Positions 12,482 to 26,900 of a stretch of 64,000 bases of DNA are shown one piece after another. Origin of the DNA: Eledone cirrhosa. Lineage: Eukaryota. The notes under the pieces were generated by a model. It saw only the letters and a list, made by a program, of their open reading frames with translations, was not told where the DNA came from and did not search any database. The DNA is taken from the NCBI GenBank assembly GCA_964016885.1, contig OZ024750.1, positions 41,664,001-41,728,000 of the forward strand, written 5' to 3'. Made by a program: the position numbers and the translations under genes. Within the stretch, counting starts at the first letter, position 1. Each line of letters opens with the position of its first letter.

Positions 12482-15400
12482 GGTATATCTCAGCTGTGGT
12501 AGGGAGTGACAGACTCTACACCCCAGTCTAGGTGGTATATCTCAGCTGGGAGTGACAGACTCTACACTCCAGTCCAGGTGCTATATCTCAGCTGTGGTAA
12601 GGAGTGACAGACTCTACACCCCAGTCTAGGTGGTATATCTCAGCTGGGAGTGACGACTCTGCACCCCAGTCTAGGTGGTATATCTCAGCTGTGGCAGGGA
12701 GTGACAGACTATACACCCCAGTCTAGGTGGTATATCTCAGCTGTGGTGGGGAGTGACAGACTCTACGCCCCAGTCTAGGTGGTATATCTCATCTGTGGCA
12801 GGGAGTGACAGACACTACACCCCAGTCTAGGTGGTATATCTCAGCTGTGGCAGGGAGTGACAGACTCTACACCCCAGTCTAAGTGGTATATCTCAGCTGT
12901 GGCAGGGAGTGACAGGCTCTACACCCCAGTGTAGGTGGTATATCTCAGCTGGTAGTGACAGACTCTACACCACAGTCTAGAGGGTATATCTCAGCTGTGG
13001 TGGGGAGTGACAGACTCTACACCCCAGTCTAGGTGGTATATCTCAGCTGTGGCAGGGAATGACAGACTCTACACCCCAGTCTAGATGGTATATCACAGCT
13101 GTGGTAGGCACTGACAGGCTCTACACCCCAGTCTAGGTGGTATATCTCAGCTGTGGTAGGGAGTAACAGACTCTACACCCCAGTGTAGGTGGTATATCTC
13201 AGCTGTGGTAGGGAGTGGCAGACTCTACACCCCAGTCTAGGTGGTATATCTCAGCTGTGGTAGGGAGTGACAGACTCTACAACCCAGTCTAGAGGGTATA
13301 TCTCAGCTGTGGTAGGGAGTGACAGACTCTACACTCCAGTCTAGGTGGTATATCTCAGCTGTGGTAGGGAGTGACAGACTCTACACCCCAGTCTAATTGG
13401 TATATCTCAGTTGTGGTAGGGAGTGACAGATTCTACACCACAGTCTAGAGGGTATATCTCAGCTGTGGTAGGGAGTTGCAGACTCTACACCCCAGTCTAG
13501 GTGGTATATCTCAGCTGTGGTAGGGATTGGCAGACTCTACACCCCAGTCTAGAGGGTATATCTCAGCTGTGGTAAGGAGTGACAAACTCTACAGCCCAGT
13601 CTAGGTGGTATATCTCAGCTGTGGTAGCGAGTGGCAGACTCTACACCCCAGTCAAGGTGGTATATCTCAGCTGTGGTAGGGAGTGACAGACTCTACACCC
13701 CAGTCTAGGTGGTATATCTCAGCTGTGGTAGGGAGTGACATACTCTACACCCCAGTCTAGGTGTTATATCTCAGCTGTGGTAGGGAGTGACAGACTCTAC
13801 ACCCCAGTCTAGGTGGTATATCTCAGCTGTGGTAGGGAGTGACAGACTCTACACTCCAGTCCAGGTGGTATATCTCAGCTGTGGTAAGGAATGACAGACT
13901 ATACACCCCAGTCTAGGTGGTATATCTCAGCTGTGGTGGGGAGTGACAGACTCTACACCCCAGTCTAGGTGGTATATCTCATCTGTGGCAGGGAGTGACA
14001 GACTCTACACCCCAGTCTAGGTGGTATATCTCAGCTGGGAGTGACAGACTCTACACCCCAGTCTAGGTGGTATATCTCAGCTGTGGTGGGGGACTGACAG
14101 ACTCTACACCCCAGTCTAGGTGGTATATCTCAGTTGTGGTAGGGAGTGACAGACTCTACACCCCAGTCCAGGTGGTTTATCTCCACTGTGGTAGGGAGTG
14201 ACAGACTCTACACCGCAGTCCAGGTGGTATATCTCCACTGTGGTAGGGAGTGACAGACTCTACACCCCAGTCTAGGTGGTATATCTCAGCTGTGGTAGGG
14301 AGTGGCAGACTCTACACCCCAGTCTAGGTGGTATATCTCAGCTGTGGTAGGGAGTGGCAGACTCTACACCCCAGTCTAGGTGGTATGTCTCAGCTGTGGT
14401 AGGGAGTGGCAGACTCTACACCCCAGTCCAGGTGGTATATCTCAGCTGTGGTGGGGAGTGACAGACTCTAAACCCCAGTCTAGGTGGTATATCTCAGCTG
14501 TGGTGGGGAGTGACAGACTCTACACCCCAGTCTAGGTGGTATATCTCCACTGTGGTAGGGAGTGACAGACTCTACACCCCAGTCCAGGTGTAATATCTCC
14601 ACTGTGGTAGGGAGTGACAGACTCTACACCCCAGTCTAGGTGGTATATCTCAGCTGTGGTAGGGAGTAACGGACTCTACACCCCAGTGTAGGTGGTATAT
14701 CTCAGCTGTGGTAGGGAGTGGCAGACTCTACACCCCAGTCTAGGTGGTATATCTCAGCTGTGGTAGGGAGTGACAGACTCTACACCCCAGTCTAGAGGGT
14801 ATATCTCAGCTGTGGTAGGGAGTGGCAGACTCTACACTCCAGTCTAGGTGGTATATCTCAGCTGTGGTAGGGAGTGACAGACTCTACACCCAGTCTAGTT
14901 GGTATATCTCAATTGTGGTAGGGAGTGACAGATTCTACACCACAGTCTAGAGGGTATATCTCAGCTGTGGTAGGGAGTGGCAGACTCTACACCCCAGTCT
15001 AGGTGGTATATCTCAGCTGTGGTAGGGAGTGACAGACTCTACACCCCAGTCTAGGTGGTATATCTCAGCTGTGGTATGGAGTGACAGACTCCACACCCCA
15101 GTCTAGGTGGTATATCTCAGCTGGGAGTGACAGACTCTACACCCCAGTCTAGAGGGTATATCTCAGCTGTGGTAAGGAGTCACAGACTCTACACCCCAGT
15201 CTAGGTGGTATATCTCAGCTGTGGTAGGGAGTGGCAGACTCTACACCCCAGTCAAGGTGGTATATCTCAGCTGTGGTAGGGAGTGACAGACTCTACACCC
15301 CAGTCTAGGTGATATACCTCAGCTGTGGTAGAGAGTAACAGACTCCACACCCCAGTCTAGGTGGTATATCTCAGCTGTGGTAGGAAGTGACAGACTCTAC

Positions 15401-18400
15401 ACCCCAGTCTAGGTGGTATATCTCAGCTGTGGTAGGAAGTGACAGACTCTACACCCCAGTCTAGGTGGTATATCTCAGCTGTGGTAGGGAGTGACAGACT
15501 CTACACCCCAGTCTTGGTGGTATATCTTAGCTGTGGTGGGGAGTGACAGACTCTACACCCCAGTCTAGGTGGTATATCTCAGCTGTGGTAGGGAGAGGTA
15601 GACTCTACACCCCAGTCAAGGTGGTATATCTCAGCTGTGGTGGGGACTGACAGACTCTAAACCCCAGTCTAGCTGGTATATCTCAGCTGTGGTAGGGAGT
15701 GACAGACTCTACACCCCAGTCCAGGTGGTATATTTCAGCTGTGGTAAGGAGTGACAGACTCTACACCCAGGTCTAGGTGGTATATCTCAGCTGTGGTGGT
15801 GAGTGACAGACTCTACACCCCAGTCTAGGTGGTATAACTCAGCTGGGAGTGACAGACTCTACACCCCAGTCTAAATGGTATATCTCAGCTGTGGTAGGCA
15901 CTGAAAGACTCTACACCCCAGTCTAGGTGGTATATCTCAGCTGTGGTAGGGAGTAACAGATTCTACACCCCAGTCTAGGTGGTATAACTCAGCCGGGAGT
16001 GACAGACTCTACACCCCAGTCTAAATAGTATATCTCAGCTGTGGTAGGCACTGAAAGACTCTACACCCCAGTCTAGGTGGTATATCTCAGTTGTGGTAGG
16101 GAGTGACAGATTCTACACCACTGTCTAGAGGGTATATCTCAGCTGTGGTAGGGATTGGCAGACTCTACACCCCAGTCTAGGTGGTATATCTCAGCTGTGG
16201 TAGGGAGTGACAGACTTTACACCCCAGTCTAGGTGGTATATCTCAGCTGTGGTAGGGAGTGACAGACTCCACACCCCAGTCTAGCTGGTATATCTCAGCT
16301 GGGAGTCACAGACTCTACACCCCAGTCTAGAGGGTATATCTCAGATGTGGTAAGGAGTGACAGACCCTACACCCCAGTCTAGGTGGTATATCTCAGCTGT
16401 GGTAGGGAGTGGCAGACTCTACACCCCAGTCTAGGTGGTATATCTCAGCTCTGATAGGGAGTGACAGACTCTACACCCCAGTCTAGGTGGTATATCGCAG
16501 CTGTGGTAGGGAGTGACAGACTCTACACCCCAGTCTAGGTGGTATATCTCAGCTGGGAGTGACAGACTCTACACCCCAGTCCAGGTGTATATCTCAGCTG
16601 TGGTAAGGAGTGACAGACTCTACACCCCAGTCTAGGTGGTATGTCTCAGCTGTGACAGGGAGTGATAGACTCTACACCCCAGTCTAGGTGGTATATCTCA
16701 GCTGTGGTGGGGAATGACAGACTCTACACCCCAGTCTAGGTGGTATATCTCAGCTGTGGCAGGGAGTGACAGACTCTACACCCCAGTCTAGTTGGTATAT
16801 CTCAGTTGTGGTAGGGAGTGACAGATTCTACACCACAGTCTAGAGGGTATATCTCAGCTGTGGTAGGGAGTGGCAGACTCTACACCCCAGTCTAGGTGGT
16901 ATATCTCAGCTGTGGTAGGGAGTGACAGACTCTACACCCCAGTCTAGTTGGTATATCTCAGCTGTGGTAGGGAGTGACAGACTCCACACCCCAGTCTAGG
17001 TGGTATATCTCAGCTGTGGTGGGGATTGGCAGACTCTACACCCCAGTCTAGGTGGTATATCTCAGCTGTGGTGGGGAGTGACATACTCTACACCCCAGTC
17101 TAGTTGGTATATCTCAGCTGTGGTAGGGAGTGACAGACTCTACACCCCAGTCTAGGTGGTATATCTCAGCTGTGGTAGGGATTGGCAGACTCTACACCCC
17201 AGTCTAGAGGGTATATCTCAGCTGTGGTAAGGCGTGACAGACTCTACACCCCAGTCTAGGTGGTATATCTCAACTGTGGTAGGGAGTGGCAGACTCTACA
17301 CCCCAGTCAAGGTGGTATATCTCAGCTGTGGTAGGGAGTGAAAGACTCTACACCCCAGTCTAGGTGGTATATCTCAGCTGGGAGTGACAGACTCTACACT
17401 CCAGTCCAGGTGGTATATCTCAGCTGTGGTAAGGAGTGACAGACTCTACACCCCAGTCTAGGTGGTATATCTCTGCTGGGAGTGACGACTCTGCACCCCA
17501 GTCTAGGTGGTATATCTCAGCTGTGACAGGGAGTGACAGACTATACACCCCAGTGTAGGTGGTATATCTCAGCTGTGGTGGGGAGTGACAGACTCTACAC
17601 CCCAGTCTAGGTGGTATATCTCATCTGTGGCAGGGAGTGACAGACACTACACCCCAGTCTAGGTGGTATATCTCAGCTGTGGCAGGGAGTGACAGACTCT
17701 ACACCCCAGTCTAAGTGGTATATCTCAGCTGTGGCAGGGAGTGACAGGCTCTACACCCCAGTGTAGGTGGTATATCTCAGCTGGTAGTGACAGACTCTAC
17801 ACCCCAGTCTAGAGGGTATATCTCAGCTGTGGTGGGGAGTGACAGACTCTACACCCCAGTCTAGGTGGTATATCTCAGCTGTGGCAGGGAATGACAGACT
17901 CTACACCCCAGTCTAGATGGTATATCTCAGCTGTGGTAGGCACTGACAGGCTCTACACCCCAGTCTAGCTGGTATATCTCAGCTGTGGTAGGGAGTAACA
18001 GACTCTACACCCCAGTGTAGGTGGTATATCTCAGCTGTGGTAGGGAGTGGCAGACTCTACACCCCAGTCTAAGTGGTATATCTCAGCTGTGGTAGGGAGT
18101 GACAGACTCTACACCCCAGTCTAGAGGGTATATCTCAGCTGTGGTAGGGAGTGACAGACTCTACACCCCAGTCTAGGTGGTATATCTCAGCTGGGAGTGA
18201 CAGACTCTACACTCCAGTCCAGGTGCTATATCTCAGCTGTGGTAAGGAGTGACAGACTCTACACCCCAGTCTAGGTGGTATATCTCAGCTGGGAGTGACG
18301 ACTCTGCACCCCAGTCTAGGTGGTATATCTCAGCTGTGGCAGGGAGTGACAGACTATACACCCCAGTCTAGGTGGTATATCTCAGCTGTGGTGGGGAGTG

Positions 18401-21400
18401 ACAGACTCTACGCCCCAGTCTAGGTGGTATATCTCATCTGTGGCAGGGAGTGACAGACACTACACCCCAGTCTAGGTGGTATATCTCAGCTGTGGCAGGG
18501 AGTGACAGACTCTACACCCCAGTCTAAGTGGTATATCTCAGCTGTGGCAGGGAGTGACAGGCTCTACACCCCAGTGTAGGTGGTATATCTCAGCTGGTAG
18601 TGACAGACTCTACACCACAGTCTAGAGGGTATATCTCAGCTGTGGTGGGGAGTGACAGACTCTACACCCCAGTCTAGGTGGTATATCTCAGCTGTGGCAG
18701 GGAATGACAGACTCTACACCCCAGTCTAGATGGTATATCACAGCTGTGGTAGGCACTGACAGGCTCTACACCCCAGTCTAGGTGGTATATCTCAGCTGTG
18801 GTAGGGAGTAACAGACTCTACACCCCAGTGTAGGTGGTATATCTCAGCTGTGGTAGGGAGTGGCAGACTCTACACCCCAGTCTAGGTGGTATATCTCAGC
18901 TGTGGTAGGGAGTGACAGACTCTACAACCCAGTCTAGAGGGTATATCTCAGCTGTGGTAGGGAGTGACAGACTCTACACTCCAGTCTAGGTGGTATATCT
19001 CAGCTGTGGTAGGGAGTGACAGACTCTACACCCCAGTCTAATTGGTATATCTCAGTTGTGGTAGGGAGTGACAGATTCTACACCACAGTCTAGAGGGTAT
19101 ATCTCAGCTGTGGTAGGGAGTTGCAGACTCTACACCCCAGTCTAGGTGGTATATCTCAGCTGTGGTAGGGATTGGCAGACTCTACACCCCAGTCTAGAGG
19201 GTATATCTCAGCTGTGGTAAGGAGTGACAAACTCTACAGCCCAGTCTAGGTGGTATATCTCAGCTGTGGTAGCGAGTGGCAGACTCTACACCCCAGTCAA
19301 GGTGGTATATCTCAGCTGTGGTAGGGAGTGACAGACTCTACACCCCAGTCTAGGTGGTATATCTCAGCTGTGGTAGGGAGTGACATACTCTACACCCCAG
19401 TCTAGGTGTTATATCTCAGCTGTGGTAGGGAGTGACAGACTCTACACCCCAGTCTAGGTGGTATATCTCAGCTGTGGTAGGGAGTGACAGACTCTACACT
19501 CCAGTCCAGGTGGTATATCTCAGCTGTGGTAAGGAATGACAGACTATACACCCCAGTCTAGGTGGTATATCTCAGCTGTGGTGGGGAGTGACAGACTCTA
19601 CACCCCAGTCTAGGTGGTATATCTCATCTGTGGCAGGGAGTGACAGACTCTACACCCCAGTCTAGGTGGTATATCTCAGCTGGGAGTGACAGACTCTACA
19701 CCCCAGTCTAGGTGGTATATCTCAGCTGTGGTGGGGGACTGACAGACTCTACACCCCAGTCTAGGTGGTATATCTCAGTTGTGGTAGGGAGTGACAGACT
19801 CTACACCCCAGTCCAGGTGGTTTATCTCCACTGTGGTAGGGAGTGACAGACTCTACACCGCAGTCCAGGTGGTATATCTCCACTGTGGTAGGGAGTGACA
19901 GACTCTACACCCCAGTCTAGGTGGTATATCTCAGCTGTGGTAGGGAGTGGCAGACTCTACACCCCAGTCTAGGTGGTATATCTCAGCTGTGGTAGGGAGT
20001 GGCAGACTCTACACCCCAGTCTAGGTGGTATGTCTCAGCTGTGGTAGGGAGTGGCAGACTCTACACCCCAGTCCAGGTGGTATATCTCAGCTGTGGTGGG
20101 GAGTGACAGACTCTAAACCCCAGTCTAGGTGGTATATCTCAGCTGTGGTGGGGAGTGACAGACTCTACACCCCAGTCTAGGTGGTATATCTCCACTGTGG
20201 TAGGGAGTGACAGACTCTACACCCCAGTCCAGGTGTAATATCTCCACTGTGGTAGGGAGTGACAGACTCTACACCCCAGTCTAGGTGGTATATCTCAGCT
20301 GTGGTAGGGAGTAACGGACTCTACACCCCAGTGTAGGTGGTATATCTCAGCTGTGGTAGGGAGTGGCAGACTCTACACCCCAGTCTAGGTGGTATATCTC
20401 AGCTGTGGTAGGGAGTGACAGACTCTACACCCCAGTCTAGAGGGTATATCTCAGCTGTGGTAGGGAGTGGCAGACTCTACACTCCAGTCTAGGTGGTATA
20501 TCTCAGCTGTGGTAGGGAGTGACAGACTCTACACCCAGTCTAGTTGGTATATCTCAATTGTGGTAGGGAGTGACAGATTCTACACCACAGTCTAGAGGGT
20601 ATATCTCAGCTGTGGTAGGGAGTGGCAGACTCTACACCCCAGTCTAGGTGGTATATCTCAGCTGTGGTAGGGAGTGACAGACTCTACACCCCAGTCTAGG
20701 TGGTATATCTCAGCTGTGGTATGGAGTGACAGACTCCACACCCCAGTCTAGGTGGTATATCTCAGCTGGGAGTGACAGACTCTACACCCCAGTCTAGAGG
20801 GTATATCTCAGCTGTGGTAAGGAGTCACAGACTCTACACCCCAGTCTAGGTGGTATATCTCAGCTGTGGTAGGGAGTGGCAGACTCTACACCCCAGTCAA
20901 GGTGGTATATCTCAGCTGTGGTAGGGAGTGACAGACTCTACACCCCAGTCTAGGTGATATACCTCAGCTGTGGTAGAGAGTAACAGACTCCACACCCCAG
21001 TCTAGGTGGTATATCTCAGCTGTGGTAGGAAGTGACAGACTCTACACCCCAGTCTAGGTGGTATATCTCAGCTGTGGTAGGAAGTGACAGACTCTACACC
21101 CCAGTCTAGGTGGTATATCTCAGCTGTGGTAGGGAGTGACAGACTCTACACCCCAGTCTTGGTGGTATATCTTAGCTGTGGTGGGGAGTGACAGACTCTA
21201 CACCCCAGTCTAGGTGGTATATCTCAGCTGTGGTAGGGAGAGGTAGACTCTACACCCCAGTCAAGGTGGTATATCTCAGCTGTGGTGGGGACTGACAGAC
21301 TCTAAACCCCAGTCTAGCTGGTATATCTCAGCTGTGGTAGGGAGTGACAGACTCTACACCCCAGTCCAGGTGGTATATTTCAGCTGTGGTAAGGAGTGAC

Positions 21401-23817
21401 AGACTCTACACCCAGGTCTAGGTGGTATATCTCAGCTGTGGTGGTGAGTGACAGACTCTACACCCCAGTCTAGGTGGTATAACTCAGCTGGGAGTGACAG
21501 ACTCTACACCCCAGTCTAAATGGTATATCTCAGCTGTGGTAGGCACTGAAAGACTCTACACCCCAGTCTAGGTGGTATATCTCAGCTGTGGTAGGGAGTA
21601 ACAGATTCTACACCCCAGTCTAGGTGGTATAACTCAGCCGGGAGTGACAGACTCTACACCCCAGTCTAAATAGTATATCTCAGCTGTGGTAGGCACTGAA
21701 AGACTCTACACCCCAGTCTAGGTGGTATATCTCAGTTGTGGTAGGGAGTGACAGATTCTACACCACTGTCTAGAGGGTATATCTCAGCTGTGGTAGGGAT
21801 TGGCAGACTCTACACCCCAGTCTAGGTGGTATATCTCAGCTGTGGTAGGGAGTGACAGACTTTACACCCCAGTCTAGGTGGTATATCTCAGCTGTGGTAG
21901 GGAGTGACAGACTCCACACCCCAGTCTAGCTGGTATATCTCAGCTGGGAGTCACAGACTCTACACCCCAGTCTAGAGGGTATATCTCAGATGTGGTAAGG
22001 AGTGACAGACCCTACACCCCAGTCTAGGTGGTATATCTCAGCTGTGGTAGGGAGTGGCAGACTCTACACCCCAGTCTAGGTGGTATATCTCAGCTCTGAT
22101 AGGGAGTGACAGACTCTACACCCCAGTCTAGGTGGTATATCGCAGCTGTGGTAGGGAGTGACAGACTCTACACCCCAGTCTAGGTGGTATATCTCAGCTG
22201 GGAGTGACAGACTCTACACCCCAGTCCAGGTGTATATCTCAGCTGTGGTAAGGAGTGACAGACTCTACACCCCAGTCTAGGTGGTATGTCTCAGCTGTGA
22301 CAGGGAGTGATAGACTCTACACCCCAGTCTAGGTGGTATATCTCAGCTGTGGTGGGGAATGACAGACTCTACACCCCAGTCTAGGTGGTATATCTCAGCT
22401 GTGGCAGGGAGTGACAGACTCTACACCCCAGTCTAGTTGGTATATCTCAGTTGTGGTAGGGAGTGACAGATTCTACACCACAGTCTAGAGGGTATATCTC
22501 AGCTGTGGTAGGGAGTGGCAGACTCTACACCCCAGTCTAGGTGGTATATCTCAGCTGTGGTAGGGAGTGACAGACTCTACACCCCAGTCTAGTTGGTATA
22601 TCTCAGCTGTGGTAGGGAGTGACAGACTCCACACCCCAGTCTAGGTGGTATATCTCAGCTGTGGTGGGGATTGGCAGACTCTACACCCCAGTCTAGGTGG
22701 TATATCTCAGCTGTGGTGGGGAGTGACATACTCTACACCCCAGTCTAGTTGGTATATCTCAGCTGTGGTAGGGAGTGACAGACTCTACACCCCAGTCTAG
22801 GTGGTATATCTCAGCTGTGGTAGGGATTGGCAGACTCTACACCCCAGTCTAGAGGGTATATCTCAGCTGTGGTAAGGCGTGACAGACTCTACACCCCAGT
22901 CTAGGTGGTATATCTCAACTGTGGTAGGGAGTGGCAGACTCTACACCCCAGTCAAGGTGGTATATCTCAGCTGTGGTAGGGAGTGAAAGACTCTACACCC
23001 CAGTCTAGGTGGTATATCTCAGCTGGGAGTGACAGACTCTACACTCCAGTCCAGGTGGTATATCTCAGCTGTGGTAAGGAGTGACAGACTCTACACCCCA
23101 GTCTAGGTGGTATATCTCTGCTGGGAGTGACGACTCTGCACCCCAGTCTAGGTGGTATATCTCAGCTGTGACAGGGAGTGACAGACTATACACCCCAGTG
23201 TAGGTGGTATATCTCAGCTGTGGTGGGGAGTGACAGACTCTACACCCCAGTCTAGGTGGTATATCTCATCTGTGGCAGGGAGTGACAGACACTACACCCC
23301 AGTCTAGGTGGTATATCTCAGCTGTGGCAGGGAGTGACAGACTCTACACCCCAGTCTAAGTGGTATATCTCAGCTGTGGCAGGGAGTGACAGGCTCTACA
23401 CCCCAGTGTAGGTGGTATATCTCAGCTGGTAGTGACAGACTCTACACCCCAGTCTAGAGGGTATATCTCAGCTGTGGTGGGGAGTGACAGACTCTACACC
23501 CCAGTCTAGGTGGTATATCTCAGCTGTGGCAGGGAATGACAGACTCTACACCCCAGTCTAGATGGTATATCTCAGCTGTGGTAGGCACTGACAGGCTCTA
23601 CACCCCAGTCTAGCTGGTATATCTCAGCTGTGGTAGGGAGTAACAGACTCTACACCCCAGTGTAGGTGGTATATCTCAGCTGTGGTAGGGAGTGGCAGAC
23701 TCTACACCCCAGTCTAAGTGGTATATCTCAGCTGTGGTAGGGAGTGACAGACTCTACACCCCAGTCTAGAGGGTATATCTCAGCTGTGGTAGGGAGTGAC
23801 AGACTCTACACCCCAGT
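12482..23817. repeat. Apparently exact 5,645-bp tandem duplication (12482-18172 = 18127-23817)
   Basis: Constant offset of 5645 for private variants: GGTGCTATA 12581/18226, CTACGCCC 12767/18412, TAACGGAC 14671/20316, 1-bp deletion ACACCCAG 14881/20526, CTCTGCTGGG 17471/23116. Mismatches at 12480-81/18125-26 and 18173/23818 bound the match. Confidence 0.93.
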
Positions 23818-23908
23818 GTAGGTGGTATATCTCAGCTGTGGTAGGGAGTGACAGACTCTACACCCCAGTCTAGTTGGTATATCTCAGTTGTGGTAGGGAG
23901 TGACAGAT

Positions 23909-26900
23909 TCTACACCACAGTCTAGAGGGTATATCTCAGCTGTGGTAGGGAGTTGCAGACTCTACACCCCAGTCAAGGTGGTATATCTCAGCTGTGGTAG
24001 GGCGTGACAGACTCTACACCCCAGTCTAGGTGGTATATCTCAGCTGTGGTAGGGAGTGACATATTCTACACCCCAGTCTAGGTGGTATATCTCAGCTGTG
24101 GTAGGGAGTGACAGACTCTACACCCCAGTCTAGGTGATATATCTCAGCTGTGGTAGGGAGTGACAGACTCTACACTCCAGTCCAGGTGGTATATCTCAGC
24201 TGTGGTAAGGAATGACAGACTCTACACCCCAGTCTAGGTGGTATATCTCAGCTGGGAGTGACGACTCTGCACCCCAGTCTAGGTGGTATATCTCAGCAGT
24301 GGCAGGGAGTGACAGACTATACACCCCAGTCTAGGTGGTATATCTCAGCTGTGGTGGGGAGTGACAGACTCTACACCCCAGTCTAGGTGGTATATCTCAT
24401 CTGTGGCAGGGAGTGACAGACTCTACACCCCAGTCTAGGTGGTATATCTCAGCTGGGAGAGACAGACTCTACACCCCAGTCTAGGTGGTATATCTCAGCT
24501 GTGGTGGGGACTGACAGACTCTACACCCCAGTCTAGGTGGTATATCTCAGTTGTGGTAGGGAGTGACAGACTCTACACCCCAGTCCAGGTGGTATATCTC
24601 CACTGTGGTAGGGAGTGACAGACTCTACACCCCAGTCTAGGTGGTATATCTCAGCTGTGGTAGGGAGTTGCAGACTCTACACCCCAGTCTTGGTGGTATA
24701 TCTCAGCTGTGGTAGGGAGTGGCAGACTCTACACCCCAGTCTAGGTGGTATGTCTCAGCTGTGGTAGGGAGTGGCAGACTCTACACCCCAGTCCAGGTGG
24801 TATATCTCAGCTGTGGTGGGGAGTGACAGACTCTAAACCCCAGTCTAGGTGGTATATCTCAGCTGTGGTGGGGAGTGACAGACTCTACACCCCAGTCTAG
24901 GTGGTATATCTCAGCTGTGGTGGGGAGTGACGACTCTACACCCTAGTGTAGGTGGTATATCTCAGCTGTGGTGGGGAGTGACAGACTCTACACCCCAGTC
25001 TAGGTGGTATATCTCAGCTGTGGCAGGGAATGACAGACTCTACACCCCAGTCTAGATGGTATATCTCAGCTGTGGTAGGCACTGACAGGCTCTACACCCC
25101 AGTCTAGGTGGTATATCTCAGCTGTGGTAGGGAGTACCAGACTCTACACCCCAGTGTAGGTGGTATATCTCAGCTGTGGTAGGGAGTGGCAGACTCTACA
25201 CCCCAGTCTAGGTGGTATATCTCAGCTGTGGTAGGGAGTGACAGATTCTACACCCCAGTCTAGAGGGTATATCTCAGCTGTGGTAGGGAGTGACAGACTC
25301 TACACTCCAGTCTAGGTGGTATATCTCAGCTGTGGTAGGGAGTGACAGACTCTACACCCCAGTCTAGGTGGTATATCTCAGCTGTGGTATGGAGTGACAG
25401 ACTCCACACCCCAGTCTAGGTGGTATATCTCAGCTGGGAGTGACAGACTCTACACCCCAGTCTAGAGGGTATATCTCAGCTGTGACAGGGAGTGACAGAC
25501 TCTACACCCCAGTCTAGGTGGTATATCTCAGCTGTGGTGGGGAATGACAGACTCTACACCCCAGTCTAGGTGGTATATTTCAGCTGTGGCAGGGAGTGAC
25601 AGACTCTACACCCCAGTCTAGGTGGTATATCTCAGTTGTGATTGGGAGTGACTGACTCTACACCCCAGTCTAGGTGGTATATCTCAGCTGTGGTAGGGAG
25701 TGACAGACTCTACACCACAGTCTAGAGGGTATATCTCAGCTGTGGTAGGGAGTTGCAGACTCTACACCCCAGTCAAGGTGGTATATCTCAGCTGTGGTAG
25801 GGCGTGACAGACTCTACACCCCAGTCTAGGTGGTATATCTCAGCTGTGGTAGGGAGTGACATACTCTACACCCCAGTCTAGGTGGTATATCTCAGCTGTG
25901 GTAGGGAGTGACAGACTCTACACCCCAGTCTAGGTGGTATATCTCAGCTGTGGTAGGGAGTGACAGACTCTACACTCCAGTCCAGGTGGTATATCTCAGC
26001 TGTGGTAAGGAATGACAGACTCTACACCCCAGTCTAGGTGGTATATCTCAGCTGGGAGTGACGACTCTGCACCCCAGTCTAGGTGGTATATCTCAGCTGT
26101 GGCAGGGAGTGACAGACTATACACCCCAGTCTAGGTGGTATATCTCAGCTGTGGTGGGGAGTGACAGACTCTACACCCCAGTCTAGGTGGTATATCTCAT
26201 CTGTGGCAGGGAGTGACAGACTCTACACCCCAGTCTAGGTGGTATATCTCAGCTGGGAGTGACAGACTCTACACCCCAGTCTAGGTGGTATATCTCAGCT
26301 GTGGTGGGGACTGACAGACTCTACACCCCAGTCTAGGTGGTATATCTCAGTTGTGGTAGGGAGTGACAGACTCTACACCCCAGTCCAGGTGGTATATCTC
26401 CACTGTGGTAGGGAGTGACAGACTCTACACCCCAGTCTAGGTGGTATATCTCAGCTGTGGTAGGGAGTTGCAGACTCTACACCCCAGTCTTGGTGGTATA
26501 TCTCAGCTGTGGTAGGGAGTGGCAGACTCTACACCCCAGTCTAGGTGGTATGTCTCAGCTGTGGTAGGGAGTGGCAGACTCTACACCCCAGTCCAGGTGG
26601 TATATCTCAGCTGTGGTGGGGAGTGACAGACTCTAAACCCCAGTCTAGGTGGTATATCTCAGCTGTGGTGGGGAGTGACAGACTCTACACCCCAGTCTAG
26701 GTGGTATATCTCAGCTGTGGTGCGGAGTGACGACTCTACACCCTAGTGTAGGTGGTATATCTCAGCTGTGGTGGGGAGTGACAGACTCTACACCCCAGTC
26801 TAGGTGGTATATCTCAGCTGTGGCAGGGAATGACAGACTCTACACCCCAGTCTAGATGGTATATCTCAGCTGTGGTAGGCACTGACAGGCTCTACACCCC

